NCBI GenBank assembly: GCA_002269645.1
Contig: NIVC01002657.1
Location: 1 to 64,000 of the forward strand
Length of the DNA stretch: 64,000 nucleotides
DNA from: Macrostomum lignano
Taxonomy: Eukaryota
Direction of reading: 5' to 3'
In this document: one piece after another, positions 11,170-24,094 of the stretch
Numbering within the stretch: the stretch's first letter is position 1
How the letters are laid out: every line of letters starts with the position of its first letter
The notes under the pieces: model-generated
Told to the model about the DNA's origin: nothing
What the model saw: only the letters and a program-made list of their open reading frames with translations
Database searches by the model: none
Translations under genes and position numbers: made by a program

Positions 11170-14100
11170 TTATATAGAGTGCTTAATGCTTCCATAAGGG
11201 CAGCGCCAGTGGGCGATGCGCCTGGTCAGCCACCTCTTCTCCACAAGCATGTCAAAAGTCTCCCTGTGGTCCTCCCTATGGGAGATGTCGTTTTTGACCA
11301 CAGCCCGCTGAACGCCCTTGGCTTGTCGCTTGTCCTTACCAGCAGCTGAGGATGCAAAGGAGTACAGCTTCGGACGCAGCAAAATCCACTCCTGGCAGTT
11401 GGCCACGCCGTCACTCTCATTCTTGACACACCCCAGTTGGCCTTGCGCTCGTTGGAGAACAGAGGGTGGTCCTTCGGCTAATTGGACGTATCCAGCAGGA
11501 GCAGACCCTTGCCGCACAGCTCTGGCAGAAACCAGCCATCTGCATCTGGATTCTCGAGGTGAAGAAAAAACGAATCCGTGTCACCACCGAGCAGTCGCAG
11601 CATTGCATCGGGCTTCTGTTGCACCAGAGGCTTCAGGTGCCGGTGCCACAGCTCATACATGATGAGCTTGCTATTGTCCAGAACTCACTGGCCGATATAC
11701 ACTGGCTTGTTGAGCACAACCTTGTGCACAAGCATGTGCACTAGAACTAGATCCTCGCTGAAAGTTACCTGCTCACGGGACGTCGGCTTGGCCACAAGCT
11801 TTTCCAATTTCCCTGTTGAATTAACCAGGCGGTAGTCCACTCGCTTGCGAACATTCTCCGTCTTTCCAAACAGGGAGTTGTTTAGCAGCTTGTTGTAGTC
11901 CTTCTTGAACTCATTCTTGGCCTTTACACGACGCTCGCTGTTCCGAGGAATATATGGCTCAAAGATGTGCCCCTGCTGGAAGCTCAAGACTTTGTGGACC
12001 TTGTTCAGCCACATGTCTTGGCGCAGATAAAACTAGAATTTTCGCATGGGCTGTGTATTCCACCTTGTCATGGCACGTCAGCAAGAGCTTTAGACTGTTC
12101 GACCTATACTCTTGACCCACCTGCCCACACCGGTCGATCAGGACACCCCACAGCTGCTGCTGGTAATCGGGCATCCGAGGTAAGCGGGGCTCCTTCTCGG
12201 GAGCAAATGGGAGGTCAGCCGTCTGATCATGAATCTCCTTTGGATCGATCGATATCAAATCTACCGTAAGGATGTATCCAAGATCACCTTCCGGATCGAA
12301 CTCTTCTAAAAGTCAGTGTTCCACCTGCTCAGCAGAGTCAAAAGCTACGAATATGAAGTCATGCCGCGGCAGCTTCGTGGACAAAGCATGACCGTAAAGA
12401 TTGTTTGCGTCGACTGGGATAAGGTGACACTGAGGTCGTTCTGGGTCAAATCCGTCAACAAGACCAGCATGGTTGGCCGTCGAAATGTGTGAGTTGACAA
12501 AAGTCATGCCACCACGAGTACCATCTTCAAACATGTGGTACATTTCCGGGTCCTAAAGGAGTTCCAACTCGAGATGGAAAAACTTCAGTGCCGCATCGAA
12601 CGACATGCCAGGCGTGGTAATGTAATGCACCGGGTCGAGACCATCCAAAGTTATACTCGTGTGTCTAAAGGCCTCGAAGACATCTGCGAGTTGGCGAATA
12701 TCCATCTCGAGATACGCGAGCATGTAGTCCCGCATGGACTCACACTCGAACTCCCTCCAGGCCCTGTGAGCAGTAGCGTAATCCTTGTTGGAGTAAGCCT
12801 CTCCCGTGAGAACATTTCTGAATGCCTCTTGTGGGGGCGGCTGAGTATCGCGCAGCCTCTCCACACTGGTTGTATAGGAGTAAGGAAAGACACCCTTTTG
12901 CAAGAGAATGTCCTCAGAGACTCATGGGTAGCGCTGCTGCATAGCCAGCGTATGGGTGCAGCAATCCCGCTCGAGGTTCTTCAACAGCTGAGCCAGGCTA
13001 CTTGCCGTGAACTGATACGAGTCGAGAAAGCGCAATCGCATTAACTTGCGTACCCAATTGTCTGCTCCAGCATCGAAAGCCTCCTCCACCATGATGCGGG
13101 CCACTAGTGTCATGTACCGCTCCTTGGTCTAGGCGATGACACAGCTCCCAGTTCAATCGCTGTGTTGCATAGCAAATGCATGTCGTAGCCGCGAAGATTG
13201 TGGAAGGAGACTGGCAGCGGGTCCCGCATGAGAACGGCCGCTTCGTTACACTCGGGGCAGGATGCGCCGAATAGCTTGCCGTTCAGATGGTCATGGAGAG
13301 GTGCCGAGAATCATTGACTGACTGGTCGCACAAGCAGCACCGTGTAGCACTTCGTAACCTTTCTTCCTCCTCAGGAGGTCGGAGGGCCTGCTGATGGCTG
13401 CAGCGCTTATTCCAGTGATAGGCCTTTACTGCAACACCTTCGAGGCATCAAGAAATCGAATCATGCAGGCATCGCCATCTTCGCCGGCAACCCTGTGCAA
13501 AAGCATTAGCGGTTCCTGATAGGCCGATTTGACGATCAGGATTTTTTTTAATGCCATCGTCAATGTGGAGAGACACCAAAACGCATACTTAAGGCAATCT
13601 GCCCCGTTTGAGTAGGAATTAATTACTGCTTTTTTGCCTTTAACTAGGCTGGCAATTAAAACTTTGCTGCTCCTGCGGTAGATAATAAATAGCGGTCAAA
13701 CATCAACACACCGAGTGGTCCTGATTACCCAGCCACTGCCATTGCGTAAGTACTTCTATATCCGGCTGAGGATAGTCTGCATGTCGCTAAGAAATAGTGC
13801 TCCTCCTCGCTCCGGAGAAGAGAGTGGGCCTTGGCAGCAAACCAGGCGGTGTTCTCGGTGGCGCAGCTACCATTAATGATACGCTGCATCAGGACACCGA
13901 GGCGCAGCTGAACCTTGATGGCGGTTCCTGGCTCACGTTGATGCTGAGTGATCAAGTCAATGAAAGCTTGACGAGTGTTTTCCAAGACATTCCTCGGGTC
14001 TCCGCATGCACTGGCCCTGTAAAGTCGGGACCTGCCACTAAACGCCTCCTTGATCAATTGGAAGTGTATCCTTGGGGAGGCCTCTTCGTCTGACTCAAAT

Positions 14101-14186
14101 AGTGCTGGTATTGCGGGGCACAACGCATAGAGCTCCTCAATGCCTCCGACTACTGATGACTCGCAGAATTCGCAAGTTATTGGCAT
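11170..14186 (-). pseudogene. Polinton/Maverick-type protein-primed B-family DNA polymerase (pPolB), heavily frameshifted
   Basis: Motifs on the minus strand: DHLNGKLFGASCPECN (EndoVII-like), HNLRGYDMH, FLDSYQF, KGVFPYSY, YLEMDIRQLADVFE, DANNLYGHALS, YNKLLNNSLFGKT, GDTDS (11571-11585), LRPKLYS, KRQAKGV. Confidence 0.9.
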
Positions 14187-14461
14187 TTTTATGTTGTATT
14201 TTATCTAAAAAACCTATGGGGTGCAATGCATCTGGGTGCTTAGTTTATAAAGGGTCCTGGATTCAAATTTTGCACGGAGCACCAGGGACCTCTCGACCAA
14301 TACAATCCCATCCCCATAATACTCGTAAATTCCGAGAAAATCAGCACCCTTCTAAATGCTTTCTTGACCAATAGAAGCCTTTCCCCCACTATATACCTCT
14401 ACTCGGAAATTCCAAGCAATCGGACCCCTACAGACTGATTACATTGAAACTCTGTCTTGCG

Positions 14462-14838
14462 TGTCACCACACGCGGATAGAGGATACTCACCAATGGACA
14501 CTCACTCAAACTCACCCTTGGACACTTCCGACTGCAGCTAAGTCACCCTTGGACACTCACCGGACACTCAGCTGCTCGACCTCTCATCTGGCCTGCTCCC
14601 CACCTCTGGGCCTGCTTGACCCTACCATGGCTGATCGACCCCTAGGCTTGCCCTTCCCTCGGTCTGCCCCCGCCTCTGTCCTGCCCCACCTCCGGCCTGC
14701 CCCGCCCCGCCTCCGGGGCTTCCTCATCATTGATTTGCCCCCCTCGCTGATTGGACGTGCGCCAGACTGTACCGTTTTTCTACTACTCGTACGTAAGCTA
14801 TCAACACAGCGGCATATGTTCAAAATTCAGTTGTGACA
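14462..14838. repeat. Possible solo LTR (377 bp)
   Basis: Termini TGTCAC...GTGACA, with internal GC boxes and a CCAAT motif on the minus strand. Flanks TGCG/TCCG are only a 3/4 TSD match and no second copy is in the window. Confidence 0.3.
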
Positions 14839-14957
14839 TCCGCTTAAGTTACTGATAACTCCGTTTGAAATGTGGTACGAAACGAAGTCAAATGTAACGT
14901 CCTTTCGAGTTTTCGGTTGTACAGTATACGCTCACATATAAAAAAAACGACGGAAAT

Positions 14958-17530
14958 TTGACGAGAAGAGCTTCCGACTCAGCACATCGAGCTCAACCGC
15001 GTCGCAGTTCGACCCCTGCTTTTTACAGGAAGTCACCGGAGATCTGGTTTAAGCAGCTGGAGTCACAATTCGCGCTCGCCAACCTCACCAGCAGCTCCAT
15101 CAAGTACTATTATGCTTTAGCAGCCCTCCCAGTGGACATCTCGTGCGAACTCAACCTCGACGGCAACGACTACGACGCATTAAAGGCAGTGGGTGATAGC
15201 CTGTGCGCTAATCGGCATCAGCTAATCGAGGAAGCCATTTCCGCCGTGGAACTTGGTTTTTGGATCCCAAGCCAACTTGTCAACGAGATAAAACTTAAAT
15301 TTACCTAGGTCGGCCTGAGGTAAACGACGTCATTGTCAAGTCATGCCTCATCTTTGCGTTGCCGTCCCACATTCGCTCTGCACTCGTCGGACATGAGCAC
15401 AGCACAGCCCGCTGGATAATTTTGCCAAGATCGCGGACAGCATGTGGGCAATGGCCGGCCGACCCTCACCATTCACCGACATCAATCAGTTTTCCACTGT
15501 TGCTAATGCAGAGCAGCAACTGGCCCGGCATTTCTCCCGGTGACCCGACCCTCCGGCTCACGACGCCCAGCCTCGCAGATGGCAGCGACCACTCGTTTGC
15601 AATTCGCACATCTATGCCGGCAGGGCTCGAACTTGCCGTTCCTGGATCAAGTGGCCGGGTCAAAAGCCATCGAAATCGCTCCGCCAAGGTCAGTGCCAAG
15701 TGTCTCTCACGGCCTCGCCGATCCCAAACGAGTGTCATGTGCAGCGGCCGGGCCACCTATCGTTTCCACTCAAATACTAAGTTCCTGTTTCATTCCTCGT
15801 TAATACCGGTGCGGAAAAGTCCTTACTGCCTCCATGTTTCGTTCCGTTTAACCTCGTCACCCCCTGTAACGTTCAGCTTCGCGGGGTCAGCGGGCACAAC
15901 GTCCGAACCCACGGGAAATGCAACGCTTTGTTTTCGGTAAAGGGTTTACGTCGCACCTTTCAATTCAAATTCATCGTCGCAGACACAGTCCCCATTCTCG
16001 GATCGGATTTTTCGGTTTATGGTGGTACGAGATGGCCAAGTCAGAATTTGACAAGCTGCATCGATGGGCATCGTCCGCCCGTCCTGCAGCCCTTGGGCGT
16101 CACCACTCTATATGGTGAAGAAAGCCGACGGATTGTGGAGACCCTGCGGGGGACTACCGCGCTATGAACAGCGCGACGGTGCCGGACAGGTACCCACTAC
16201 CGCACTTCCGGGATTTTCACCACCAACTTCGTGGCACCAACGTTTTTAGCAAATTAGACTTGCTCAAGGCCTAACATTTCAGACCAGTCACCAAGGATGA
16301 CATTTCCAAAACAGCAATCTGCACGCCATTCGGTTCTTTTGAGTACGTCCGGGTGCCATTCGGGTTTCGCAACGCCGACAACATATTTCAATGCTTTATT
16401 GATTCGATGTTCCGAGACCTGACCTATGTCATCACATACGTTGGCGATATACTGATTCACAGCAAGTCAAGGGTAGACCATCACAACGACATTTAGATCG
16501 TGCTGCAATGCCTACACAAAAAGGGTCCCCGAGTTCAAGCCGCAAAATGCCAGTTCTTTCAGATTAGCCTCGGATCATTGGTCATTTAGTCTCTAAAGAC
16601 GGAATCCAGCCACTACCATCCGACCTCCGGCACCGGCATCACCTCCGGCAGACTTCAAGAGCCTTCAGCGCGTCCTCAGCATGTTCAGTTTCTACCAGCA
16701 CCACATTCCGAAACACGCAAGCATTGTGCAACCGCTGCGATCCTCACCGAAATCGATATCATTGGTAAGCCGAACATGATGCCGCTTTCTGAGAGCTTCA
16801 GGATAGCCTAGCAGCAATGGTAACTCGCCTTCCCGACCCAAACTGGCACATTCACCATCACGTCGGACGCAAGCTTGTTCGCCTTGGGCGCCTGTTTGCA
16901 CTAGAATGAAGATGGCGATTCGGTCTCCATTGTGTTCTATTCACGGAAACTTACCAAAGCGAAAACGGCATACAGCGCGTTTGATCATGAACTTCTAGGC
17001 ATGTTCGCCGCTGTCAAGAACTGGCGACACATCATTCACGACCACTCCACGACCGTTTTTAGCGACCACAAGCCGTTAGTCGGTGCTTTCAACACCAACA
17101 AGGAGCGCCTATCCGATCGTCAGCTGCGCCAGTTGGCCACCATCTAAGAATATGTGATCGACATCATTCACATCCGACATCCGGAAGCCAAGACCGTGGT
17201 CGCCGATACCTTATCTCGAGACACAGTCAAGCCTGGTGAGCACACAGTGAACACTGTTCAATCGGAAGATTGCAAATATTGCCGTTACCCGCAGATTTCC
17301 CTGCGCTCGCCAAGGCACAGCGAGAAGCGGGGCTCACGAGCGGTGACCGTTACTGCCCATTCGAAGTCGGGTTATCAGATTGTCCTATGTCCTGCGAAAC
17401 TTCGCAACCAAACCCATACCAGAGCAAATGCGCCGTCAGATTCTACTAGCACTGCAGGACATCGCCCATCCAGGCGTCAAGGCCACGCTGCGTTCCTGAC
17501 GGTCTTATACCCCTATTTATTAGCCAAACT
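14958..17530 (+). mobile_element. Degenerate Ty3/Gypsy internal region (CsRn1-like): gag, protease, RT, RNase H, start of integrase
   Basis: gag PAFYRKSPEIWFKQLESQF; protease-like DTGAEKS region ~15800; RT SPWASPLYMVKKADGLWRPCGDY, VPFGFRN, YVGDILI; RNase H SDASLFALGA, FYSRKL, YSAFDHELL; integrase-like AHPGVKAT. Many stops and frameshifts. Confidence 0.85.
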
Positions 17531-17699
17531 CAAAGAACCAAACCTTTAATAAATACGCTGGTATTTCCTATTAGCAGAAATCAACACCACTTGTGTGTAC
17601 TATTTCATTATCTAAATTAAATGAGCTACGAGCCGTACTACTTGACTATCTGACAATCGCTCGAATATCTAACCCCCTCCCCCCAACAATTCAGCCATC

Positions 17700-17952
17700 T
17701 CCCATGAGCCTTGATATCTTAACAATTTCCCCAGTAGGCCTTGACATCTCAGAAATTCCCTTAGTAAGCATTGACATCGCAGCAATTAAACATCTACGCA
17801 ATTCTCCTAGCCCAGTAAACTTTGACATCTCAGCAATTCCCTCAGGAAACTTTGAAATCTTAGCAATTTCCTCAATAAGCCTCGACATCGCAGCAATTAT
17901 ACTTCAGCCTTGACATCTTCGCAATTCTCCCAGCCCAGTAAGCCTTGACATC
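17700..17952. repeat. Degenerate minisatellite, ~30-34 nt unit (CTTGACATCTCAGCAATTCCC core)
   Basis: About 8 diverged copies of the core are visible. Confidence 0.8.
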
Positions 17953-18580
17953 CCAGGATTCTATTCACCAACGTAGCTTGCGGAATGGCCTGCAGAGCAG
18001 GCCATAGACTATTTCAGCATATTTTTGACACAGCCGTAGCCTGCGATAGCAGGCTGCTTAGCTTATACTCGTAGCAATAAAGGATAAACATGAAAGCAAA
18101 AAACAAAGTGGAGTGGAGTGTGAGGCGGCGTTTGACTTTAACTTATTTGAATGACTCGATGAACTTATGTGGATTTGAGCTGACTGACTTATATTGCATC
18201 GCAACTTGTTTATTATATTTTCTGTTCTTACTATTTTATTCCTCATTTTCATACCCTCATTTTCTCTAGTACACTCTGTCTACCTGTGTGCGCCTTGCCC
18301 ACCACCCCAAATATTGTCACCTTCCACCACTCTCTCCTGATCGCTATATAACATTTTGCTATTGACTATCGCTCTTTGAAATAAAGAATTTATCTCGCCT
18401 CGTTCTAAAACTCACAGAATGAACTTTTCTTAGTCATTTGCGACACAACAGAGTGGATGGACGGGTGGGTGGGTAAATGACACAGCAAAATTGTGGGATT
18501 CATCAAATCAAGAAAGCTTGAAGCTACATGATAAAAGTCAAGTGCCAATTAGTTAACTGAATCATCGATCAGCAGCTTTA

Positions 18581-18743
18581 GTAGACGGGTACAGTAGGCA
18601 AAGTAGACTGGTACAGTAGGCAAAGTAGACAGGTACAGTAAGCAAAGTAGACAGGTACAGTAGGCAACGTAGACAGGTGCAGTAGGCAAAGTAGACAGGT
18701 ACAGTAGGCAACGTAGACATGTACAGTAGGCAAAGTAGACAGG
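18581..18743. repeat. 22-nt minisatellite (GTAGACAGGTACAGTAGGCAAA)n
   Basis: About 7 near-identical copies. Confidence 0.95.
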
Positions 18744-19745
18744 TTTTAGTGCAATGATTTCCAAGTATCGGACAGTGTTTGTCATGGCTGCTCAAGTGCA
18801 TTTTGATCCGGATACCGACTCCGAACTAGAGGAGGAAAGCTGGCTAACAGCGGATGAGGGTGAAGATGAAGAAGAGGAGGACCTGCATCTCCAGCCAAAT
18901 GAAGACGCTGGAAGCTTGCCCGAATTCTTGGGAATGCCTGGGATGGATCCTGACTCCTGATCTCCTGATCCTGATCTGCAGGCAACATGGTTAAACTATT
19001 TCGCGCGCTGCCTCGTTGCCCTACCAGCAAAAGAAAAGGAAAGAAACGAAAAAGTCTCTTAGGGCAAAATTGTACTCCGGTATTGAATAAGCGGCAACAA
19101 AGTCCGTTGACACTGACGAGTCCTGAAGATAGCTGCAGGCTGCAGGACTTGAACTTCAGAGTCACTGCCTGCTGCATCTGCTCAGCAGATGCCTTTGTGC
19201 GCGAGCAGCCAGCCGATGGTGTGCAGTCTACTTCTGCTTCTGCTGGTAATGGTAATTCGCACTATTGGGAGAGCAATGAAGAATTGTCTTGAACTCGTCT
19301 CACCACGCTTGATGCAGTGCGCCGGTTTTCTGCACCGAATGGTATTTTTAGCTTCAGTCGCAGGAGAGCGGCTAGTACGATGTATAACACGCTGAACATT
19401 TTCGTATCCCACTGGCACTTCTCAAGATAAGTAGTCCAGCACCAGGCTTACAACACGGAAGCTAGAATGTCGCTTCTACCATGTGCGCCATGTCTGGATT
19501 TTCCGTTGCTTCCATGAGGCATACTTTGCACAAATGCCCATTCGGCTTGCCAGTGGTGTTCGAGCTGAATTGACGCGAGATCCAGTAGACTTTTGCACTT
19601 TTTGACTTGATGACTTTATTTCATTAGTAAGTATTCACAATTTACAAGTCGTCTATTCCAAGTACTAATTATTATTGACTTGCTTTTCATTGTTGGTGTG
19701 ACTGCCCTGCCTATTGACGTCCCCAGGCGCGTAGCCAGGATTAAC

Positions 19746-22700
19746 CATGGATGAATAATATAGCTGGATCGCCAGAAGCTCGATTTTTTTGGTCCTATCC
19801 ATAGACAAGCACCAGCATCACAAGAAGCTCAGAATGCCGTACTTTCACACATAGACAAATAGCCGCTGCAGAAGCTGCAAACCTTTATTTATAAGTATTC
19901 TATTTTATGTCCAAGCACATGCTCGCAATATATGCAGGGCGGCAAAAGATGGCTTCGCGAGATGAATAAGGACGTCAGAATTTGTGCTGCAATCGGATGC
20001 CTATCCAAAAGTGGACAAGGCACGAAACCTGTCACCCTTTTTTCTTATCCAATCGGTGATCCGTATCGACTAGCGCAGTGGAACAGCAATGTGCAAGCAA
20101 AGCCACATTTCAAATTCGGAGCTCGTAAGTTTCTTTTGTGAGCTGCACTTCGAACAGCGAGACATGCAGGCTCATGGGAGGAGCAAGCAACTGATGACTG
20201 GCGCAGTTCCGAAGTTTAAGTGGACTAAGCTTGAACCGCAAGAGCTTACTGACTTCCACGATCCTAACTCTTATGCAAACGAAGCTACTGGCGACTGAGT
20301 TTGAGATGCCGATGCCTGTCAGTTGCAGCGCGGCAACCACACGCACATCAGTTGATCCACCACCAAACACCCGACAGCGCCTGTTGATGCGGCTGAAGCA
20401 CAAGAAGCGCACGATTAAGACTTTTGGTCCACGCGTTGCAAAATGGAAAAGTACCGAAGCGACCTTAAAACATGTAAAGCAAATGTTGACTTCTGAAGGT
20501 CTCAAGCTGTTTTCTTTGCGACCACGAAATATCACAGGTGGTTTCAATAACCACGTCAAAGACTTCGCCGAGAGGATCAACTTCTGCTCTCCAAAAGCAT
20601 ATCGAGAGTTTAGAAAATTCATGCACCTCCCTTCGCCGTCAACCTTGCGGTCTTGGATTGGAGCAGTGGATGGCAGGCCTGGCATTTCCATTGCTGGAGT
20701 CAAGAAGGTTGGAGCCCTATCGAAACAGATCTTTGATGGCGTCGCTTGCAACGACTGGACTCTAGTCATTGATGGCATGCATCTTCGAAAGGAGTTGTGT
20801 TGGGAAACTAGCGAAGGAAGAGTGGTCGGCTATTGTGACTCAGGGATCCATGAAAATCTAGGTCACAAACTTGCGTCTGAGGCAATCGTTGTCATGGCCT
20901 GCCATCTTCAGCGCCCGTGGAAAGTGCCAGTTGCGTACATTTTGGCCACTGCAACATCCCCGGTTCAACAAGTGGAGCTTTTGACGCGTACTATTAGCGC
21001 ACTGAACGATGAGGGCGTCGTTGTACGCGCGCTCGTGTCGGACGGTTGCTCTGCGAACCTTGCGACGTACAGGAAACTTGGAGCTGAGCTGCCGTCTAGT
21101 CCTTATTTCCAAATCGGTTCGCAACCAGATTGCATATTCGCATTCATTGACAACAGTCATTTGATAAAGTTGGTGCACAATTCGCTGGCCGATTTGGGAG
21201 TAATCGTTGTTCACGATCGCATCATCAACTGGCACTATCTGGAACTATTGCACAATCTGCAAGAAGCTGAGGAGGTTCGAATCGGAAATCGGCTGACAAA
21301 GAAATGCATTGAATTGTGGCAGCGACACAAGATGAAGGTCTGCTTGGCTGCACAGACAATCAGTTCGTCCGTCGCTGACGCTCTCACATTCCTAAAGGAG
21401 CTTGGAGTTTCGGATTTCCAAAATTGTGATGAAACGGTCCGCTTTATTGCATTAATGGACCATCTGTTCGACATCTTCAACTCGAGGTGAGCCGGTATAT
21501 TAAACCAAAATAGCATAAAGACGCGCAATCATGGCCTTTAAATTTTTATCCGTTTTTTGCAGGACTCCGTCGGCGTCAGGCTGGAAAGGTCCCATTTGGA
21601 AGTCGCAAGCAAGCCTTTCGACCACATTCGCGTTTCTCGATGAGGCGCGCGACTACATTCGCAGCCTCTACACGATTAATGGCGTACCGCTGATTGAGAG
21701 TCGGCGAAAAACATGGGCTGTAGGATATTGCAACAATATCACAGCCCTGAAGCTGTTACTTCAGGACATTTTCTATCAGCCGTCTGATTGCTTCAAGTAC
21801 CTCCTGACGTACCGTTTATGCCAAGACCCGCTGGAACACTTCTTTGGTGAGATTCGTCAGAGAGGTGGTTTTAATAACAATCCAAACGTTAAGCAGTTCA
21901 GGTACGCTTATCGGGCGATTTTGGCGCACAGGACTGGATCTGTCGGGCACTGGTCCCTCTCGACACAGATTTCACATCCGCCTGGACTCTCCACCTCTGC
22001 TTCTGCCAGTGTACAAGATGAAATCGAAGATCCACCGCAACTAGCACTCAGCCTCATTAGCCAGAATGTCGGCTGCTACATAGCTGGATTCATTGGCAGA
22101 TAGCTTACAAACAGACTGTCTTGCGAAAACTGCAAGGCATCTCTTCATTGCGAGATGCACACTAACCTGCTTACTACTCTCAAAGATCGCGGTCGTCTTT
22201 TTCGACCATCAGCATCACTTTGCCGACTGGCGAACATTTGCGAGTCGGCTGTGAAAGGAGTCAGAACTGACGAACTGTCTCTAGACATACTCGATCGTCT
22301 ACTTCCAATCTGCATCCAACAGGGTATCGAGTTGTCACTCTTCGCTCACGTTTGCAGCAATGGAGCACCCGAAGAAAACCATCAATATTTTTAGTGCAGG
22401 CGATTTATAAGAAATATCTTTGCATTAGGCTGTGGCATGTACTTCGGAGGCTTAACGCTGTGAACACAACAACTGTGCGTCAGATGCTAACAAAATTATT
22501 TTCATGGGTCAGTGACTTCAAATTAGCATTGTGCGCGTGACGCCTTAAATTTATTGTCCGTACTTGACTCTCATTTGTCTTGCGCGGTTTGCTTGCAACT
22601 AATTTGGCTGCTTGTTTTCGCCTTTTATTGTTTGTTTGCTGTCTGTCTACGTGCTTGTTTGCTTACTTGCCTACTTTCGTGTCTGTTTTGTATTAATTCC

Positions 22701-22919
22701 TTTACATATTCGTTTTCTTCTTTGCTTGCCTTCACATTTGGAATATTTTCACTTATCCTACTTAGTATTCTTATAAATAAAGGTTTGCAGCTTCTGCAGC
22801 GGCTATTTGTTTATGTGTGAAAGTACGGCATTCTGAGCTTCTTGTGATGCTGGTGCTTGTCTATGGCTAGGACCAAAAAAATCGAGCTTCTGGCGATCCA
22901 GTTGTATTATTCATCCATG
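19746..22919 (+). mobile_element. Complete P-superfamily DNA transposon (3174 bp) with 150-bp TIRs and 8-bp TSD
   Basis: Termini CATGGATGAATAA...TTATTCATCCATG. TIRs at 19746-19895 and 22770-22919 differ at 4 positions. Perfect TSD GGATTAAC at 19738-19745 and 22920-22927. Confidence 0.96.
19932..22540 (+). pseudogene. THAP + P-element transposase with intron 21487-21562; several frameshifts and stops
   Basis: THAP CAAIGC...FSYP...W...C.LHF...GAVPKF; catalytic-region motifs LVIDGMHLRK, LVSDG, FIDNSHLIKLVHN, KMKVCLAAQTIS, DHLFDIFNSR, YRLCQDPLEHFFGEIRQRGGFNNNP. Removing GTGAG...TTTTGCAG gives in-frame FNSRTPSASGWKGP. Confidence 0.92.
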
Positions 22920-23067
22920 GGATTAACGCTAGAGGTTTATGCATAACTGTTGAAATATAATAATAAAAAATATTTATATAGCAAACATAAATTGCAGGTA
23001 TATATTTACTGCTAAAATACATCTTAGTGACCAATATTTCTAAATCCTACCTACCTACCTACCTAAC

Positions 23068-23290
23068 GTAGATCTGTTGCTAACTGATAGAAGCGATGCG
23101 TGATTAGATCCCTGAGTAGATCTGTTGCTAACTGATAGAAGCGATGCGTGATTAGATCCCTGAGTAGATCTGTTGCTAATTAATAGAAGCTAACTGATGG
23201 AAGCGATGCGTGATTAGATCCATGAGTAGATCTGTTGCTAATTGATAGATGCGTGGTTACATCCATGAGTGGATCTGTTGCTAATTAATA
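23068..23290. repeat. ~48-nt minisatellite (AGATCTGTTGCTAACTGATAGAAGCGATGCGTGATTAGATCCCTGAGT)
   Basis: Two exact copies followed by degenerate copies. Confidence 0.92.
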
Positions 23291-23891
23291 GTAGCATTAT
23301 TAGATGCTAGATGAATTTACCAAGGACGATAAATATCACGCTTATATTTACACCAACATGGTAAATGTGTATAGGTAACTGTGTTAAAAAATTACTTAAA
23401 ATTAAAAGCAATGTCGTGAAAAAATTACTTGTCATTATCTAAAAGTTGGACTAAACATAATGCTAGATAGTGGTTGCTTAAAAACGTTTTTAATTGAAGT
23501 AAATCATTGTTCAATACAAAATTTTTAAATACAAACAGAACAATAGAGCTTAAGGGGCATTGACTAAGCAGAGAAGCCTACAAGCGACAACAATTTACAC
23601 GTATAATGAAGTGTCAAATATTTTGATAACAATAACTAAGGGAGAAATTATTAGACTTGATTGAAATTCAAGCTCGACGGCCAAAATAGTTTTTTTAATC
23701 AGAAAATGCTGTACCTAGTAGAGACAAGTAGAGACAAAGCCAGTAACAGTTCAAGTCAATAGTGGATACAGTAACTGTTCGAACAATTTTAAAAATGCTT
23801 AACAAAAACAAACTAAAAATTTACGCGATTCAAACACAGGTTTTCTGCGGTCAGGCCTCTTACAGAGGCCGGGTTGGGACCGGGACTCACG

Positions 23892-24085
23892 GAGGTCACA
23901 TGGGGTCAGGATTCGCATAGAGGCTAGGTGGGGTCAGGATTCTCGTAGAGGTCACATGGGGTCAGGATTCGCATAGAGGCTAGGTGGGGTCAGGATTCTC
24001 GTAGAGGTCATGTGGGGTCAGGATTCTCAAAGAGGTCATATGGGGTCAGGATTCTCAAAGAGGTCATATGGGGTCAGGATTATCA
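23892..24085. repeat. ~28-29-nt minisatellite (GAGGTCACATGGGGTCAGGATTCTCGTA-like)
   Basis: About 7 copies of GGGGTCAGGATT. Confidence 0.9.
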
Positions 24086-24094
24086 CGGAGGTCG

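Noticed and set aside
17593-17950. Decapeptide-repeat protein (MSRLxxxIAE) on the minus strand
   Set aside because: Unit lengths vary (30 vs 34 nt) and break the frame; a non-coding minisatellite is more likely.
18315-18446. TGTCAC...GCGACA segment with TATA/AATAAA as the 3' LTR of the 15-17.5 kb Gypsy
   Set aside because: It is only ~130 bp, has no preceding PPT, and does not match sequence upstream of that gag.
18581-18743. Regular 22-nt repeats as CRISPR array or Cys-rich protein
   Set aside because: There are no spacers, the unit is not a multiple of 3, the context is eukaryotic and no cas genes are present.
18783-19600. Acidic ORF plus Cys-rich fragments as a specific TE or host gene (piggyBac N-terminus, P2RX7-like, CxC/KDZ)
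   Set aside because: It looks like decayed coding sequence, but no diagnostic motif could be matched convincingly.
19725-19745. CAGGCGCGTAGCCAGG as the terminus of another DNA transposon hosting the P element
   Set aside because: No complementary end was found in the window.
23068-23290. 48-nt repeats containing CTGATAGA as hammerhead ribozyme or CRISPR-like array
   Set aside because: There is no GAAA core half or flanking stems and no unique spacers; it is a plain head-to-tail minisatellite.
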